64,000 nucleotides of DNA from Vicugna vicugna (lineage: Eukaryota): contig MU058844.1 in assembly GCA_013265495.1 (NCBI GenBank), positions 2,955,520 through 3,019,519 on the forward strand. The letters are read 5' to 3'. The position numbers and the translations under genes are program-made. Below the pieces are notes generated by a model. That model searched no databases and was not told the origin of the DNA. It saw only the letters and a program-made list of their open reading frames with translations. Each line of letters opens with the position of its first letter. Positions within the stretch are counted from its first letter, which is position 1. This document shows positions 1-13,330 of this stretch, in pieces.

Positions 1-199
1 TGCCTTTAAGCTTCTATGGAAAGCTTGAACCATTCTTCCAAAAATGTGTGCAATATTTTGATAAACATTTACGGAAAAAAGCATTACAGAAAGTAAAGAA
101 CAGCATTCCTGAGCTAAACTAAAAAGAAGTGTTTTTAATCAATGGGAAAAGTAAATGCAATTTACTAGCTAAGCTATGACAATTAAAATATAAGTTTCA

Positions 200-320
200 T
201 GCAGACAGAGATAATGTCGATACTGTTCATTATTGTATTTCTAATGCCTAGCACAATGTTTAGCCCATTGTAGAGGCTCAATAAATAATGTTTCTAAAAT
301 AAATGAACACAGTAAATGAA
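200..320 (+). mobile_element. L2 LINE 3' end fragment
   Basis: TGTTCATTATTGTATTTCTAATGCCTAGCACAATG...GGCTCAATAAATAATG resembles the L2 3' terminus. Confidence 0.7.
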
Positions 321-1146
321 AAAACAGTCTTCCATAGCCAAATAAAAGATCCCCAGAAAATAGAAAACCAGTTCATCAGAAGACATTTCTACAGGATGAA
401 ACTCTCCTATAAGAACTATTTCCCTTTGTTCTTAATGTGGTTTCACCAAGGAACCACATAGACTGTAATTAGTTCTCCTGAATTGCCATGCTCATAGGGA
501 TAGTAATTTATAACTGATTACAAATTAATAAATTGGCTTTTTGACACAGGTTAGTTCCATATCCCATGAGTTGTAGACTGTGTGAACAAGCTTTCCTAGG
601 GTTTCTTCAGAAACCTGACCATGTAGGTTCTTACACTTAAGGAAATTTCACAATTTCAGATAGCAACCTGTAAGCTCTGAGGTAAGTAGCCAGCCTGCTG
701 TACAATACCATGTAAAAATGTAATTTGTACCTTGTGGATACTACTTTCAAGAGGAAAAGAATGTCATAATTTCAGTGTTCTAATACATTTAGGGAATCCT
801 GGTCCTCTCGTTTCTCTAAATTTCCACCGTATAAGGACTCGATAAATATATATTTGATTATCAGTAAGACTTGTTAAAACACGAATTTCATGTCATCACT
901 ATAATCTTTCCTTGAAGTTGAACTTATCTTAGGGAAAAAAATAAGAAAGAACTTTTTTTCATCATAAATCCCTGTTGAAATCTACCCTAACTGCATACAT
1001 GCATGCATGCAAGAATTTATTCTTTCATTCAACCAATATATTTGATGTGTCTGTGGGCACTTAGTTAGCTTCTGTTATGTTAGTAAGCATACTGTGGTGA
1101 GGGGGATGTTGGTTAGTGACAGTTTCTTTGATCAATTCTGGCTAAA

Positions 1147-1547
1147 TGTAGTAGCTTGCTAGAGATACTGTAACAAAATACCACACACATGGTAGCTTAA
1201 ACAACAGAAATTTATTGTCTCACAGAGCTGGAGGCTGGAAGTCCAAGCTTAAGGGGCCAGCAGTGTTGGTTTCCTCCGGGGCCTCTTTTTGGCTTGCAGG
1301 TGGTTGCCCTCTTGCTGCCTCTTCATGCGTTCATCCCTCTGTGGACGTGCATCCCTCATGTCTCTTTGATGTGTCCAAATTCCCTCTTATTAGTTTACCA
1401 GTCAAATTGCATTAGGGCCCATCCAAATGGCCTCATTTTAATCACTTCTTTTAAAGACATATCTCCAAATACAGTCACACTCTGAGGTACTGTGGGTTAG
1501 GGTTTCAACATATGAATTGTAGGGTGGACACAATTCAGTTCATAACA
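1147..1547 (-). mobile_element. MaLR solo LTR (MLT1B/MLT1C-like)
   Basis: TG...CA termini; CTTAAACAACAGAAATTTATTGTCTCACAG..CTGGAGGCTGGAAGTCCAAG and GGACACAATTCAG..CATAACA are MLT1 signatures; flanks CTAAA/CTAAC look like a 5-bp TSD. Confidence 0.88.
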
Positions 1548-1847
1548 CTAACATAATGCTTTATGAACATGGGGTAGTATAAAGTATTTACTGGAGATGT
1601 AAGCTTGGAGAAGCAGTGATAGAGGAAGTACAGAGCAGAGTCGTATCTGTATGAATTAGGTAGGAGAGAGTAGAAATTAATGAAGGCAGTCATGATTGAA
1701 TGAAATATCATGTTGGAAGAAAGTGACCAATACAGGCAAAGTTAGCTGTGCCTTAAATACCATGGTAATCCCTGAAGGAACACTGGATCATCAAATGTGG
1801 ATATGTTTCTACCTTCGTTTTGTATAAACTAGCCCATTTCCCAAGTA

Positions 1848-1994
1848 CAGATGGATTTACTGAAAAACTAATGAGGCTCAACTTCAGTGCCCCTCAAGGG
1901 TCTTCCTAGGGCCATTGATCTAATTTCATATTCATAATTTTTTATTATTTTTTTAAGAGGATCTTGGACTCCATGTAATCTGAATCTGTTTCTG
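1848..1994 (+). mobile_element. MER53-like hAT MITE
   Basis: GGATTTACTGAAAAACTAATGAGGCTCAACTTCAGTGCCCCTCA...CTAATTTCATATTCATAATT matches the recalled MER53 consensus. Confidence 0.65.
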
Positions 1995-4054
1995 ATTGCA
2001 AGTATTTTCAGAGAAAGAGGTTTTAGGTGTTTCTTGGGTTAAAGTCTTAGAAATGGGTATTTACTTGGCACAAATAATAACTCAGGTATTCTATAAAATA
2101 TGACTCTTAAGTAATAGTCTTTCACTGCAATAGCAGTTACTACAGTCTGCATTCTTGGGAATTTGAATCTTTAACTGACTTTCAGATTACAGATACTCAG
2201 AAGTGTCCTGGTCATGTAGTAGTCTGTCTCTCTCTGTCTGTTTTTGTCTTTCTCATGCACACACGCACACCATACTCACATTTATTTTTGTGCCAGCAAT
2301 CCAAACTGGGCAACTAACCTGCACAATTAATTTTTCAAGTAAATTGTGTGTGTCTAATAACTGTAGTTAAAAATATGTTTGAAGTCTTTCCAGTTTCCTT
2401 TCACAGGGAACCATCTTCCCCTCATTTCTTCTCATACGTTTGGATTAATAGTTCCCTCTAAGTTCCCCAAGTGTGCGCATATCAAAGCCCAGCCGTTGTA
2501 ACATTTCCTTATTTTGATACTAGCCACAAAATAATTTCTTTACTTTCTCTCGGAAAAAAAAAAAGTGTAAACATCTTACATGATGCAAAATGCTATTGCC
2601 CAGTAGACCTTTCCAGAGGCATTACATGTGGTGAAATTGTTTTCATACTGTTCCCTTTAGAAGATTTTCTACATTTCATTTTTGAGTTTTGTATGTAGCT
2701 CTTCCTGGCAACAGCTTTGGAGTTGAGGACAGAAAGGTAGCTCTTGGCTGGAAAGCAAAAGAAGTTGTGAGATGAGATCCATGAAGCAAGACAGTTCAAT
2801 TTGCCTAACAAAGCAAAATTCCCCAAATGAGTTACTCTTAAAGCACTGTAATCAGCCATGCTTCTCAAAACGCCTGGGTTATATCTAGCCCCACTCACAC
2901 GATGGTAATTATCAGCTGCCACCACACAGAAGTGTTGCATTCCCTGCTACTCTTTTTTTTTCCCCCAAAATGTCAGCTTGTAATCTGAAGGAAAATTACA
3001 AACCCTACTTTTTTAGGAATGTTTAAAATAAACCCACAAAAGCACCAAGCCTGTTACAATTACTGTCCTGCTTTAAGAGAGAAATATCCCAGGTGGTGTT
3101 TTATCTCTGCAGCATCTATTTCTAAAGTTTAGCCACCATGAAAGGAGCAATAATGCCTTATATAATAGCAGACCAAGGCCAGTTTTTGGGAGAAGCCAAA
3201 ACTTCCTTAAGAAGCTTTGAGTCTTTATTGAAGATAAACTTAAACTACCCTAAGGATTATCACGCTAGTGCTACTTTAATAAAATGTCACTGCATAAACA
3301 ATTGCAATATCGATCATCATTTGTATGATGCTGATAATAATGTGTAACAGTTCTCTCTTGTTTAATAGAAACATAAAACCCGTATCAAGTGGAATGTTTT
3401 ATGCTAATGGCAGCATTTCCAATGAAATTGCCAATATAAATCGCTTTAACATGTCATCATTCCTTATTTTAACAACTACTTTTACACTGCACACCTTAGA
3501 GCCCTTATACCATTCGGCTTGTAAAAGAAAAAATGAAATATCAATCAAAACATAATAAGCAGAACTCTACTGAGGAAACTTTTTAGCATAACAAATCCAC
3601 ATGAGTTCAAGGCACAGAGGTTTACAAGGAGAGTCTGCCCAGAATACTAAGAAACCTTTTAATGATGGAAACAGGTCACTGAGAAATCCATAAATTCACC
3701 TTTCTTCATGTATTTTAAGCTAGACCTAGATAAGTAGACTGAGAACTTGGAGGCAAAAGATCTGGTTGTGGTCCAGGCTCAGGCATGAACAGTCTGGACG
3801 ATGTTTAGCAAACCTCTAGCCTTAGTTTCCAGAAATGAGGCTCCCTAGGGTCTCTTTCAACTCCAACACCAACTTTCTACAACAATAAGTTCCCTAAAAG
3901 ATGGAGAAAAACTAGGTCACTTCATGAATTCAATGCAATTCAGGACACGATTTCTAATAATAACTTCCTCCTATCCCTTATAAAATATACCTCATTCCTA
4001 TGTTTGTCCCCTATGTTTATACATCCAAAAAGGAGAAAGGATCTGAAAGGAAGA

Positions 4055-4200
4055 GCTGGGTTCATACATCCCAACTGCAACTCTCTGCTAGTTGTATGAC
4101 CTTGGACAATGTACTTCTAAAATTCCAGTTTATTCATTTATGAAAGCAGGATACTATTCTTTATCTTGTATAGTAGGGGTGATGATTATAGTTAATATTT
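4055..4200 (+). mobile_element. MIR SINE fragment
   Basis: CTGGGTTC...CTAGTTGTATGACCTTGGACAA...CAGTTTATTCATTTATGAAA core. Confidence 0.65.
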
Positions 4201-4869
4201 CTAATCCATCATTCATCATTCCTTCAATTTAGTAGCATTCAATAACTAGTGGTTATTATGTGTGTGTGTCTGTATACATATTCACTCATACATAATACGT
4301 ACTCTACCAGCCTTGGAGAAAATTGCCTCCAGCTCTAACCAGAAATGGGAGTCAGTAATTCTTATGTTATTAAATCTAAATTGGAAATACACATAGCTGT
4401 GTTTCCATTCATAGTGGTATGATCAGATTGATACTCTGTCGTGCCAATGTAACATTAAAATTCTTTATTATACTGTCTGTTACCACTACCAAGAGCCCAA
4501 TATGATGTTATCTGTCTGGACAAGGTGTACAATCTATAGCAGGTAGAATGGACCACCCATAGAGGTCTAGTCTGCCATTTCACAGTTCCAATAATTTAGA
4601 AATGGAATTATATGTCATTTTTCTACAACAAATCAGAATAGCCCAAGGTTCAGTGCAGATTAGAATGCATCCACTCCAATGTAATCTCTTTAGCTCATCC
4701 AGATTATTTAATCTAGCCAAATAATAGACCAAAGCATGCAAAATACCTTCATACTTCAAATATGGATCCTTGCTCAGATATGCTATGAAAATTCTAAGAA
4801 AATTTTCTTCACCCCTTGCTACTCAGCCTAAATGATTTCATTACCTTGGTCTTTAACTTTGCCACACAA

Positions 4870-5660
4870 CTTCTCTTCAGAGCAGTCCATGCTCACTGCC
4901 TTCAGTTCCTGAGTATTCCTCAGATAATCTGGCCACCCCCATACAACTTTTCTAAAATTGTCCTTGTGATGGTGATCTCCCATGGCAAACCCGACAGGCT
5001 TTCTCAGCTGCCTTTAACGTCAAGCTTTCACTGGCATTTGAAACTGCTGTCACCTAGAATCCCTGTCCTCTGTGCCTGTATTAACCCTGCACATTCATGG
5101 TTCTATGCCTTTCTGGCCTCCCTTCTCTTTCTCAGACCTTTTTTCCTCTCACCCCCAAATTTAGAAGATTCCTAAATTTTCCTTGTTTTTTTATGATCCT
5201 TCCAAAGTAATTTTATATATCCCAGCAGTTTTAACTATAACTCTTTGTGAATGACTCCCAGATCTAAGTCTCCGGCCTTGCCCACTCCCTGAAAGTCTCT
5301 ACCTGGGAATTTCAGCATGAGTCTGATTGTAACTCATTATCTGCCTAATGAGTCTGCTCCTAATACTGTGTCCCCCAGGTTCTTTCAGGATCACTACCAC
5401 CTTTGTGGTCACCCAAATCGCTGCATCCACCTGCCCTCTTTCAAATTGGTTACTCTACATCATGCCTATCATCCCACTACAGATGCCCTAATTCATGGCA
5501 TGTGTAATACAAATTTGAAAGGGGACAGATTCCCCAATTCTAGTTAATACTTCCCACTTCAAGTTCTCTGACAAATTGAGCCTAGATTAAACACAGAAAA
5601 CATACCTCTGATCATGCTCATTTCCTTGCTCAAACACCTTTTGTAACACCATTTCTTTCA
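4870..5660 (+). mobile_element. Degraded L2 LINE fragments
   Basis: Pyrimidine-rich L2 motifs such as TTTAACTATAACTC..TGAATGACTCCCAGATCT..TCTCC and TCTGATCATGCTCATTTCCTTGCTCAAACACCTT. Confidence 0.6.
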
Positions 5661-5869
5661 GATTAAAAACTAATCATTAGAATAGCTAACATTTATTAAA
5701 CATCTGCTTAGTAGGCCCTAGGTAGTAAATCAATTATACAGCAATTACCTCATTAACTACTAAAACAAATGTGATTTTACAGTTATTTTGAGACTATATT
5801 GATAATATATATATATCTCCCCAACCAGGCCATAAACTCCATGAGGTCAAGGACTTAAATCAGACATGA

Positions 5870-6190
5870 ACCTTGGCTTCAGAGGACTCATGGATTAAAG
5901 ATGATAAAGCATCTGCTTGGATAACTGTAATTCAAAGAGAGAGAGAGATACATATAAAGATAAAGACACCTAAACTCTCATGGGAATTCAAGGAAGGAAT
6001 ACATTCATTTCAGTTGAGAGGATCCCAAAAGACCTTACAGAGAATTTGTTTATGATATGGTTTATGAAAGATAAGTAAGATTTAGGTGTCCAGGGATGAG
6101 AAAAAGGATGTATTCCAAGAGGAAGAACATTAACAAAGATGTGGAAGTCTGAAAAAATCTTAGGTTGTATATAAAGAATTTTAGGTGGCA
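5870..6190 (-). mobile_element. L2 LINE fragment
   Basis: Purine-rich antisense L2c-like tract (GGGAATTCAAGGAAGGAA..TATTCCAAGAGGAAGAAC). Confidence 0.5.
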
Positions 6191-7239
6191 GAATTTAATT
6201 GTAATAATTATATTATTATTGTTACATTTCTTTTAAAATAAGAAAGTAGAATGATGGTTCTATTCTCACTGTTAATAAGAAGAAAATATTTATATAGAGA
6301 AGACTGGGTTGCTGAGTTATTATATTGGATAAGTGATATTTTTACTTTGATAATACCATTTTCTAAATATTAATCACTGACCATTGTTTTTTGTGTTCAG
6401 CAAGTCCACCCTCTTTGTCACACAATAAGGCCTAGGGATTTGAAAATGTCAAATTATATTGAGCAACAAGAGGATGGATTCTGCATAAATATTTAAATCT
6501 TAGACACAAAATTCATGACTCTGGGCACTGTAGACAACTGAGGTAATTGGAATCTCTGTAGGTCAATTTTTAGTCCAAATCTTGTTTTTAAAATAGTCTG
6601 AGAAAACTTGACTTTGAGGCTAAACATCTCTGAGTTGATACTTTGTTTTGTTTTCCCTATTGGGTGAGTTGTTATTTTAGTTGATTTTGGTTTAAGATTT
6701 CCCCCTTTGGATATGTGCTATAAATCAGGCTTATGGCATTTTGCATTCCAGTGATGCCTTGTCTTGGTTGTACAAGCGTTATCTCATCTAAATCCCACAG
6801 CTGTGTCACTTCCTAATGACCACCATCCCTGCAAGACAGCTGTTGCTCTTAATTGGCAGGAATAAAACAGATGAGCATTAAGAAACTAGCCCAAGTGATA
6901 TGCTACACAAAGAATCCCCTTACATTTACATTTTTTCCAACTATTTGAAGCTAGAAAAGGCAGAGCAGGGGCCTCCATCAGAAATACACAGAGTCCCTTG
7001 ATCTTCCACCCAGATTTTTACAACTGAAATTGCATAGAGCCAAGCTACATCTTGGCCAGTCCAAATGAGAGTCCCACCCACAAAAACATTGAAAAGTAGT
7101 TTGAAATCTCTAGCAAATTTTCCCTGATGAGCTGCCAAAGAAAAATTCTGTCATAAATCACAGTGAAGCTTCTTAAAACCCACTTTTTCCATCTCACCTT
7201 CCACAGCACACATTACTGCAGATACACCAAAATCTAGTG

Positions 7240-7404
7240 ACTTGCTACTCAAAGTATGGTCCATGGACCAGGAGCATTGGCATCACCTGAGAGCCTGTTA
7301 AAAACTCACACACTCAGATCCCCCTCCAGACCTGTTGAATCAGAATCTGTGTATTAACAAGATCCCTAGGTGGTATATATGCACGTAATATTTTGAAAAA
7401 CACT
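7240..7404 (+). mobile_element. MER5A1-like hAT-Charlie MITE
   Basis: CTTGCTACTCAAAGTATGGTCC..GGACCAG..GCATCACCTG..CAGACCTGTTGAATCAGAATCTG..TTAACAAGATCCC..GAAAAACACTG. Confidence 0.85.
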
Positions 7405-7413
7405 GCTTTTGTC

Positions 7414-7580
7414 TATTGATTCTCACGCTTTAGTGTGTACACAAGAATCACCTGAACATGCTGTTACAGCACTGACTCTTGGGCCTCACCCCAAGAGTGT
7501 CTGACTCAGTAAGTCAGATACTTGAATACCACTGTGGTGTGATATCCAGAACCTCAGAAGGTCTGAGGATCACACTTTGA
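7414..7580 (-). mobile_element. MER5A-like MITE, opposite orientation to the previous copy
   Basis: GATTCTCA..AGAATCACCTG..GGGCCTCACCCCAAGAG..TCTGACTCAGTAAGTC..GGTCTGAGGATCACACTTTGA. Confidence 0.7.
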
Positions 7581-8159
7581 TCTCAGTCCACAAAAACTAA
7601 AATCTCTTTATCTCACCCTGCCCTGTTTTATCTCAATATCCTTCCTTTATTGTCTTATCCTCTGCACTTTTTAATATAAGGCAATCTAACATGTCAGAAC
7701 TTGTGTGTTTGTTACTGCCTTATAATTGTCCTCTAATTAATCTCACTATAACTGTTTTTCTCTTTCTCCATATTGCTAGCCTTGTGATCTTCCAGGTGTG
7801 TCATCCCCTCACTCAAAATTTCTCAGTCTTTACGTAATGAAAAAAAAAATTACAAAGCTCAAGTTAAAATAAGACACTCTTAACTTTAGAACTCTTTCAG
7901 GTAACTCAAGTGCTTAAGATTTATCAAAGGTATGCAAACCAAAGAAAAAGTGATGACTAATCTTTTAGAGAAGAGTGATAGAATGCTTTGTTCTGGCCTC
8001 CCTTCCCCTAAGGTTGCTGAATCAGGGTGAAGGTTAAAGGTTCAATTCAAGGTTAAGCAATTAGAAGAGATGTAAGCAAAGAAAAACAGGAACATGGGGA
8101 GTGGTGACTAAGATACACCCTTGACAGTGAAATATATATATATATATATTCAGGGAAGG

Positions 8160-8340
8160 GCTGTGGTTCCAGAGAAAGAGCACTGGACTTGGAGTCATAG
8201 GATGTAAATTCAAGTTCTTTGTCCAATCTTCACAGGCACTGTGGCTTCGAGCATATGATAAACAACCTCCAACGACTTCTGATTCTTGCCTATAAAATGC
8301 AGATAATACCTACCTCACAAGGTATTTGCAAGGTCTAATG
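8160..8340 (+). mobile_element. MIR SINE
   Basis: GAAAGAGCACTGGACTTGGAGTCA head and CTATAAAATGCAGATAATACCTACCTCACAAGG core. Confidence 0.75.
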
Positions 8341-8909
8341 ATCCTTGATAGAGTCAAGTGTTAAGTAAGATATAGATTGCATAAACACTTGCTGAATGAA
8401 TTAGGTTGATGTTATACAGGTATATACAGATATTCAGGAATGACTAGGGCATAATCCAACTTTCAAGGAGACTGCTGTCTAGTGATGAACACAGATACAG
8501 AGACAATAATTGAACCAATGAGCACTGTGCAGAAGTAAACTACAGAAGGAACCGTGAAGAGTCAACACATTTTTTTAAAAGGGAGTGGGGAATGCCCATC
8601 CTGAATTTGTCAGTTTTTTCTGAATTTACCTTACAGTTCTCTTTGCCATACTAATATTTTGATTAATTCTGCTGGAATAATGATAAATATTGATGATAAT
8701 GATAACATTTTTAATTAGTTTAACAAAATTTTCTACTATTGGCTTGTTGGGAAAAAAAAGTGCTAGTAAATGGGAAGTGCTACAGTCTGACAAGGAAAGT
8801 GTAAGACAGATTCAAAGAGCGGTTGAGAGGTGTAGCACCCACACTCAGAGACGTCGGCATCACTGAATGTTTAGCATTCACTCGGGCTTCATTCCAAAGA
8901 AAGAAAATA

Positions 8910-9050
8910 CTGTCTCCCCTTAGAATGTGAACTCTCACTATAAGCAAAGGGATCAACCATTTTGTTCACTGTTGTGTCCCCAGTGACTAGAATGTTACCT
9001 GTTGCATCAGTAGAGCTCAATAAGTATTTGTTGCATAAATGAATGATAGA
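8910..9050 (+). mobile_element. L2 3' end
   Basis: CTGTCTCCCCTTAGAATGTGAACTC..TTGTTCACTGTTGTGTCCCCAG..GCTCAATAAGTATTTGTTG..AATGAATG. Confidence 0.85.
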
Positions 9051-10234
9051 ATAAGTAAGTTCTGTATGAAGCTAATGACCAGCCAGTTACACACGCATAC
9101 ATGTTACATTCAGTATGTGAATAGTACACTTGAAGACAATAAATGGCATTCTAGTTTCCAAACATGGGATAACTTTTACAAATTATGAACATTTCTAAAT
9201 TAAAATTGGTAATTAAAACAATGAATCCTTATCTAGCTGTTATTCAAGGGTAAAGGGAACCTGAACTTTAAGGCTCTCCTACTAAAGGTATTTACTTAAT
9301 GATGAGTATTTTAACTGCCTTCATATATATCTCTCTCCCATTTTTCTCCAGAGTACTGGTAATATATAAAGTTAAATAACATTTCAAAGATGGTTTCTGT
9401 GACTTTTCATCTTAACACATTTCTCTAAGTAATAGTTTTTCTTGACTTTTCATACATGGCATTATGTAACTTCCACATCTCTCATCTGCAGAATGAAGGT
9501 GCTGGGCAAGGTGATGACAGGGGCCTCTCTCTCCCAACTCCAATATTGTATTTATGTTGTACTTCCTCTATGTTAAAAAAAATCATCTTTTTAAAAGGCT
9601 CTGGAGAACAAACAGCTTAAGTAGGCACTTCAGTAATTGTGCAATTGTTTCCTACTTCATTTTAAGTTTGTGTAGCTTTCTTTCTTTTTTCTTTTCTTAT
9701 TAAAGAGAGAAAACTACAAAACAGCTTTTCTTTAAAAGAAAAGGTTACCTTAAGTGCTTTGGATGGAGTGGGCATAGGGGTACATAATGGCATAGATGAA
9801 TCATAGGTGAATATAGTGCCATACCTATAATTATTATAGATGTCCCCCCTTTACTGTTGAAGAGAATCTTCTCTTTGCACCCTAATTTAAAGGATACTTT
9901 ATTTCCTTATTTCCTTATGACTTCTTGCAATTTGACTACTCCCAAAAGTCCAAAGATACACATTTAAAGGGAAACTCATAAAATCAAGACAGTTTTCATT
10001 TCTTCTTTTCAGAAACAAGCTTGACCTAGAAATCTTGTCATAGAAGATCTTCAGAGAAAAGTCAAATAACCGCAATTACACCCACCCACAGTCACACATA
10101 AAAAAAGCTAATGCAAAATAGTATTTCTAAAATCTTCCACAAGAACTCAGTATATAACAGAGAAATCATTTAGAACAAGAGAGTAGGTCCTAGTCCTCAG
10201 CAGAGCTCTTAGATCCAAGGTGTCAAGCATAGAA

Positions 10235-10667
10235 TGTGGCCAATGGTCTGGAAAGATGGTTACCAACAATTTCTTCCATTCCTCTTCAATTGATTTCCCC
10301 CTCCCCTTGAATCTGGACTGGCTTGTGACTTGTCTGAACAATAAAATGGGGATCAAAATGAGAGTTCTGACTTTAAGAAGCCTGGCAGTTTCCACTGCCC
10401 CCCTCTTGAATCCTGAGCAGCTATGTACCAAGTAAATTATCCCACTAGAGAGAGGCCACATGGAAGGCGGCCCTGGAGGATGTGAGGAAAAGAGGACCAC
10501 CCAGACCTTAGCCTTTTCTTCTATTCCAACTGAGGCCACCTGGGATCTTCCGGCCTCAGCAGAGCCGCCTCAGCCAAATCACATTAAACAGAAAGAGCTG
10601 CCCCACCAAGCCCTGCTCAAATAGCAGAATCATGAGCAAATAACTAAAATAACCAATAACTAAAACA
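10235..10667 (+). mobile_element. MaLR solo LTR (MLT1G/H-like)
   Basis: TGTGG start; CCTCCCCTTGAATCTGG..TGTGACTTG; GAGAGGCCACATGGA; CAGAATCATGAGCAAATAA; ends ACTAAAACA. Confidence 0.8.
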
Positions 10668-10794
10668 AGGAATAAAAAGCTCAAACAGTAGATAACAAAA
10701 GCAGTGGATATTCCTGTTGTTCATTCAGTGAGGTGTGGTAAACAACTATATCCCAATCCTTGGGCTATTGGCTAGGAATGGTGGACTGAAGGGA

Positions 10795-11080
10795 ATGCCT
10801 GCCTTCAGAGAGCTCACGTCCAGTGGGAGTGACACTCACATAAACAAACCACTGGCAGGGAGTGTGAGAAGAGCTGCATGAGAGGCACCCTCATGGCGCT
10901 GTGGGAGGGTCTGGACCCACCATGCAGCTACCCTCCAGGAAAGAGCCAAAGAGGAAATGACATTTCAGCTCTGTTTTGTAAGCTGAGTAGGAGTTTCCCA
11001 AGCCAGGATGTGTGGCTGAGAGGGAGGTACATTCCGGGGACTCAGTTTCATTTGTGCAGGAAGTTTAAGCCTCTTAAAGC
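10795..11080 (-). mobile_element. L2 fragment
   Basis: CCTGCCTTCAGAGAGCTCACGTCCAGTGGGAG..ACATAAACAAA, an antisense L2 motif. Confidence 0.65.
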
Positions 11081-11879
11081 CTAAACTATACATCCTGGGT
11101 CTGTGAGTATCACCTGCTAAGAGATTCATTATTTTCCAGAGTTAGACAGATAAAAGTATATTCTTCTTTGTGGTAAAAACTTGTTTGTTGATTGCCTAAA
11201 CTCTCACTCTTATCTTCAGTTTTGTGACCTATAAGTGGCTGAGAGAAGGAAATCCATGTGAAAAATGAACAGATGGTCAAAAAATGAAAATGTACATGCT
11301 CTTTCTCTATCTTACTCTCGACAAATGTTAAATAAAGGAGGTTGTTTGATTAATCTTTGTTCAAAAAATTCTCAGTATTCTTAATTGGAGATACAGAAGC
11401 ATTTTGCTGTTTATTATGGAAGGAAAAATCAATTTTTCTATTGACATTTGTGATTTAAAAGATCAAACATACAAAACATCTTTCACTAAAGTAGGTAAGC
11501 TGGTTTATACCTCATATTCAGTACTAGGTAAGCTGGCAGATGAAGAAAACTAGAACTGGGTAAAACTAGTCCTCACAGGATCCTAGAATGTTTATAGACA
11601 TTTGTTTCCACTCTGCAATAGTTCTCTGTACATTTGCAACTGCAAAGTTCAAGTTTTTGAAGGCAGCTGCAATCCAAAAGCTACTGAAAAACTTAGGTAC
11701 CAAAACCCACCCGTGGGGAATGAGTACCTTTTATCCTCTTTTCACGCCATATCACACCTATTCTCTTATTTCTCAGAGTTGAGATGAGAGGATCATGTGG
11801 GTTCCAAGACTCCTCAACCTAGCTAGGTGCCTCTGGGAAAGACCATGGGTCTTGAAGGGAGCACATCATTTAAGGTCTG

Positions 11880-12060
11880 GTCCTGAGTGCTTTATAGGTG
11901 GTACTTCAGTCATCTCAAAACTTCTCTGTGTTAGGTATTAAAATCCCCCATTTTACAGATGAAGAAACTAAGGCTGGGAAAGATGATTAAGTATGTTTCC
12001 CAGGAGTGCACAGCTGATAATCACATCTATCTGATTCCAAATCCTATGCTCTTATATTCT
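11880..12060 (-). mobile_element. MIR SINE
   Basis: CCCCATTTTACAGATGAAGAAACTAAGGCT core. Confidence 0.85.
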
Positions 12061-12259
12061 GTGATACTTCTCCCTAAGAACTTGTGAGATTCATTTTACC
12101 TTTTGGTGCTGGTTAAATCTCTGCACTGAAAAAAGAGAAACATTTTTAACAAAGTCAGAAACATTGGGCATAAAAGAATATGCAACATTTGACCTGTGCT
12201 TTAAGATGACTAGAGTATGTGATGAAAATTATCAAAAGCATATAATATAGAGGAGGCAG

Positions 12260-12495
12260 GGAATGCGATAGAAATAGCATGACTTTTAAATTCTATTTAA
12301 ATCCCAGTTTTGGCTCTTACTAGTTTGTGATCTTGAGCCATTTATTTAGGTTCTCTGAGCTACAGTTTCCTGGATTATAAAATAAAAATATTAACACTTG
12401 GCTACATCTCTCAGGTTATTAGGAGTACTAAAGTAAGTAATTTATGTAAAAGCACCTAGCACAAGCCTGCCTCATTTTGGTATTCAGAAATGTCA
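12260..12495 (+). mobile_element. MIR SINE
   Basis: TTTAAATCCCAG..TTACTAGTTTGTGATCTTGAGC..TCTCTGAGC..CAGTTTCC..TGTAAAAGCACCTAGCACA. Confidence 0.8.
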
Positions 12496-13104
12496 ACTTT
12501 CTTCCTGGCAAATACTGCAGATACTGGCAAAAGAATATAGTTGTCCAGTATTGTCACCTTCAAGTAAAGGTCTCTGGTTTGAAAGGTGAGAAAGAAATGA
12601 AAGATTGGGAAATGTTTTCTGTTGTCATAAAAATATTTTCCAGCAATGGTTGAAGAAGGACACTTGCTTTCAGTTATGCTAAGACTATTGGAACATCACG
12701 TTGAAAGCAGTGAGGGGGACACTCAGGCCTGGTCAATGCTCTGGATAGTGAAAAGGAAAATGCACAACAAACTAAAACAACACGTTCCTCCCCTCAGCCA
12801 GAGTGGGACCCGCTGCCTCATGGGCACCACCCAGCAGGACAGAGCAGCTGCCCTGTCACCCAGACTGCAGCTCTAGTGATTAATCATCACATGCCCACTA
12901 TGGGTCAGGCTCTGCGCTGGACGACACAGAATCCCAGGAACACAACCAGGTCACATAGTGATGTGCATGTATTTCTGTTCATCGAGTGGGTGAAAATGAG
13001 TCATGAGAAACTAGTTAACCTATGACATTGATCCCTGACATATGACATTCATGCAATTTCTTGCACAGAAGCTAGAAAGCAGAGTATACTACCTCTAAGA
13101 GATG

Positions 13105-13330
13105 ACAGTTTCTGAGCACTTATTATGTGCTGGGCATTATCCTCAGGGCTCTGTGTACATCCCCTTATTTAATACCCACAACCAGTCTTATCAGGTAGAT
13201 GCTGTTAGTCCCCATTTTATAGATGTGCAAAGCCAGGTTTAGAGACATTCAGTGACTTGCCAAAGCCACAAGATCTTAAGTGCTGGAAATGGAATCTGAT
13301 CTCAGAATACTCATTCTAGATCTGAACTCA
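13105..13330 (-). mobile_element. MIR SINE
   Basis: TGAGCACTTATTATGTGCTGGGCA..CCCCATTTTATAGATG..GTGACTTGCCAAAGCCACA. Confidence 0.85.

Noticed and set aside
11492..11536. 12-bp direct repeat TAGGTAAGCTGG containing donor-like AG|GTAAG
   Set aside because: No supporting upstream exon or ORF; likely a small local duplication
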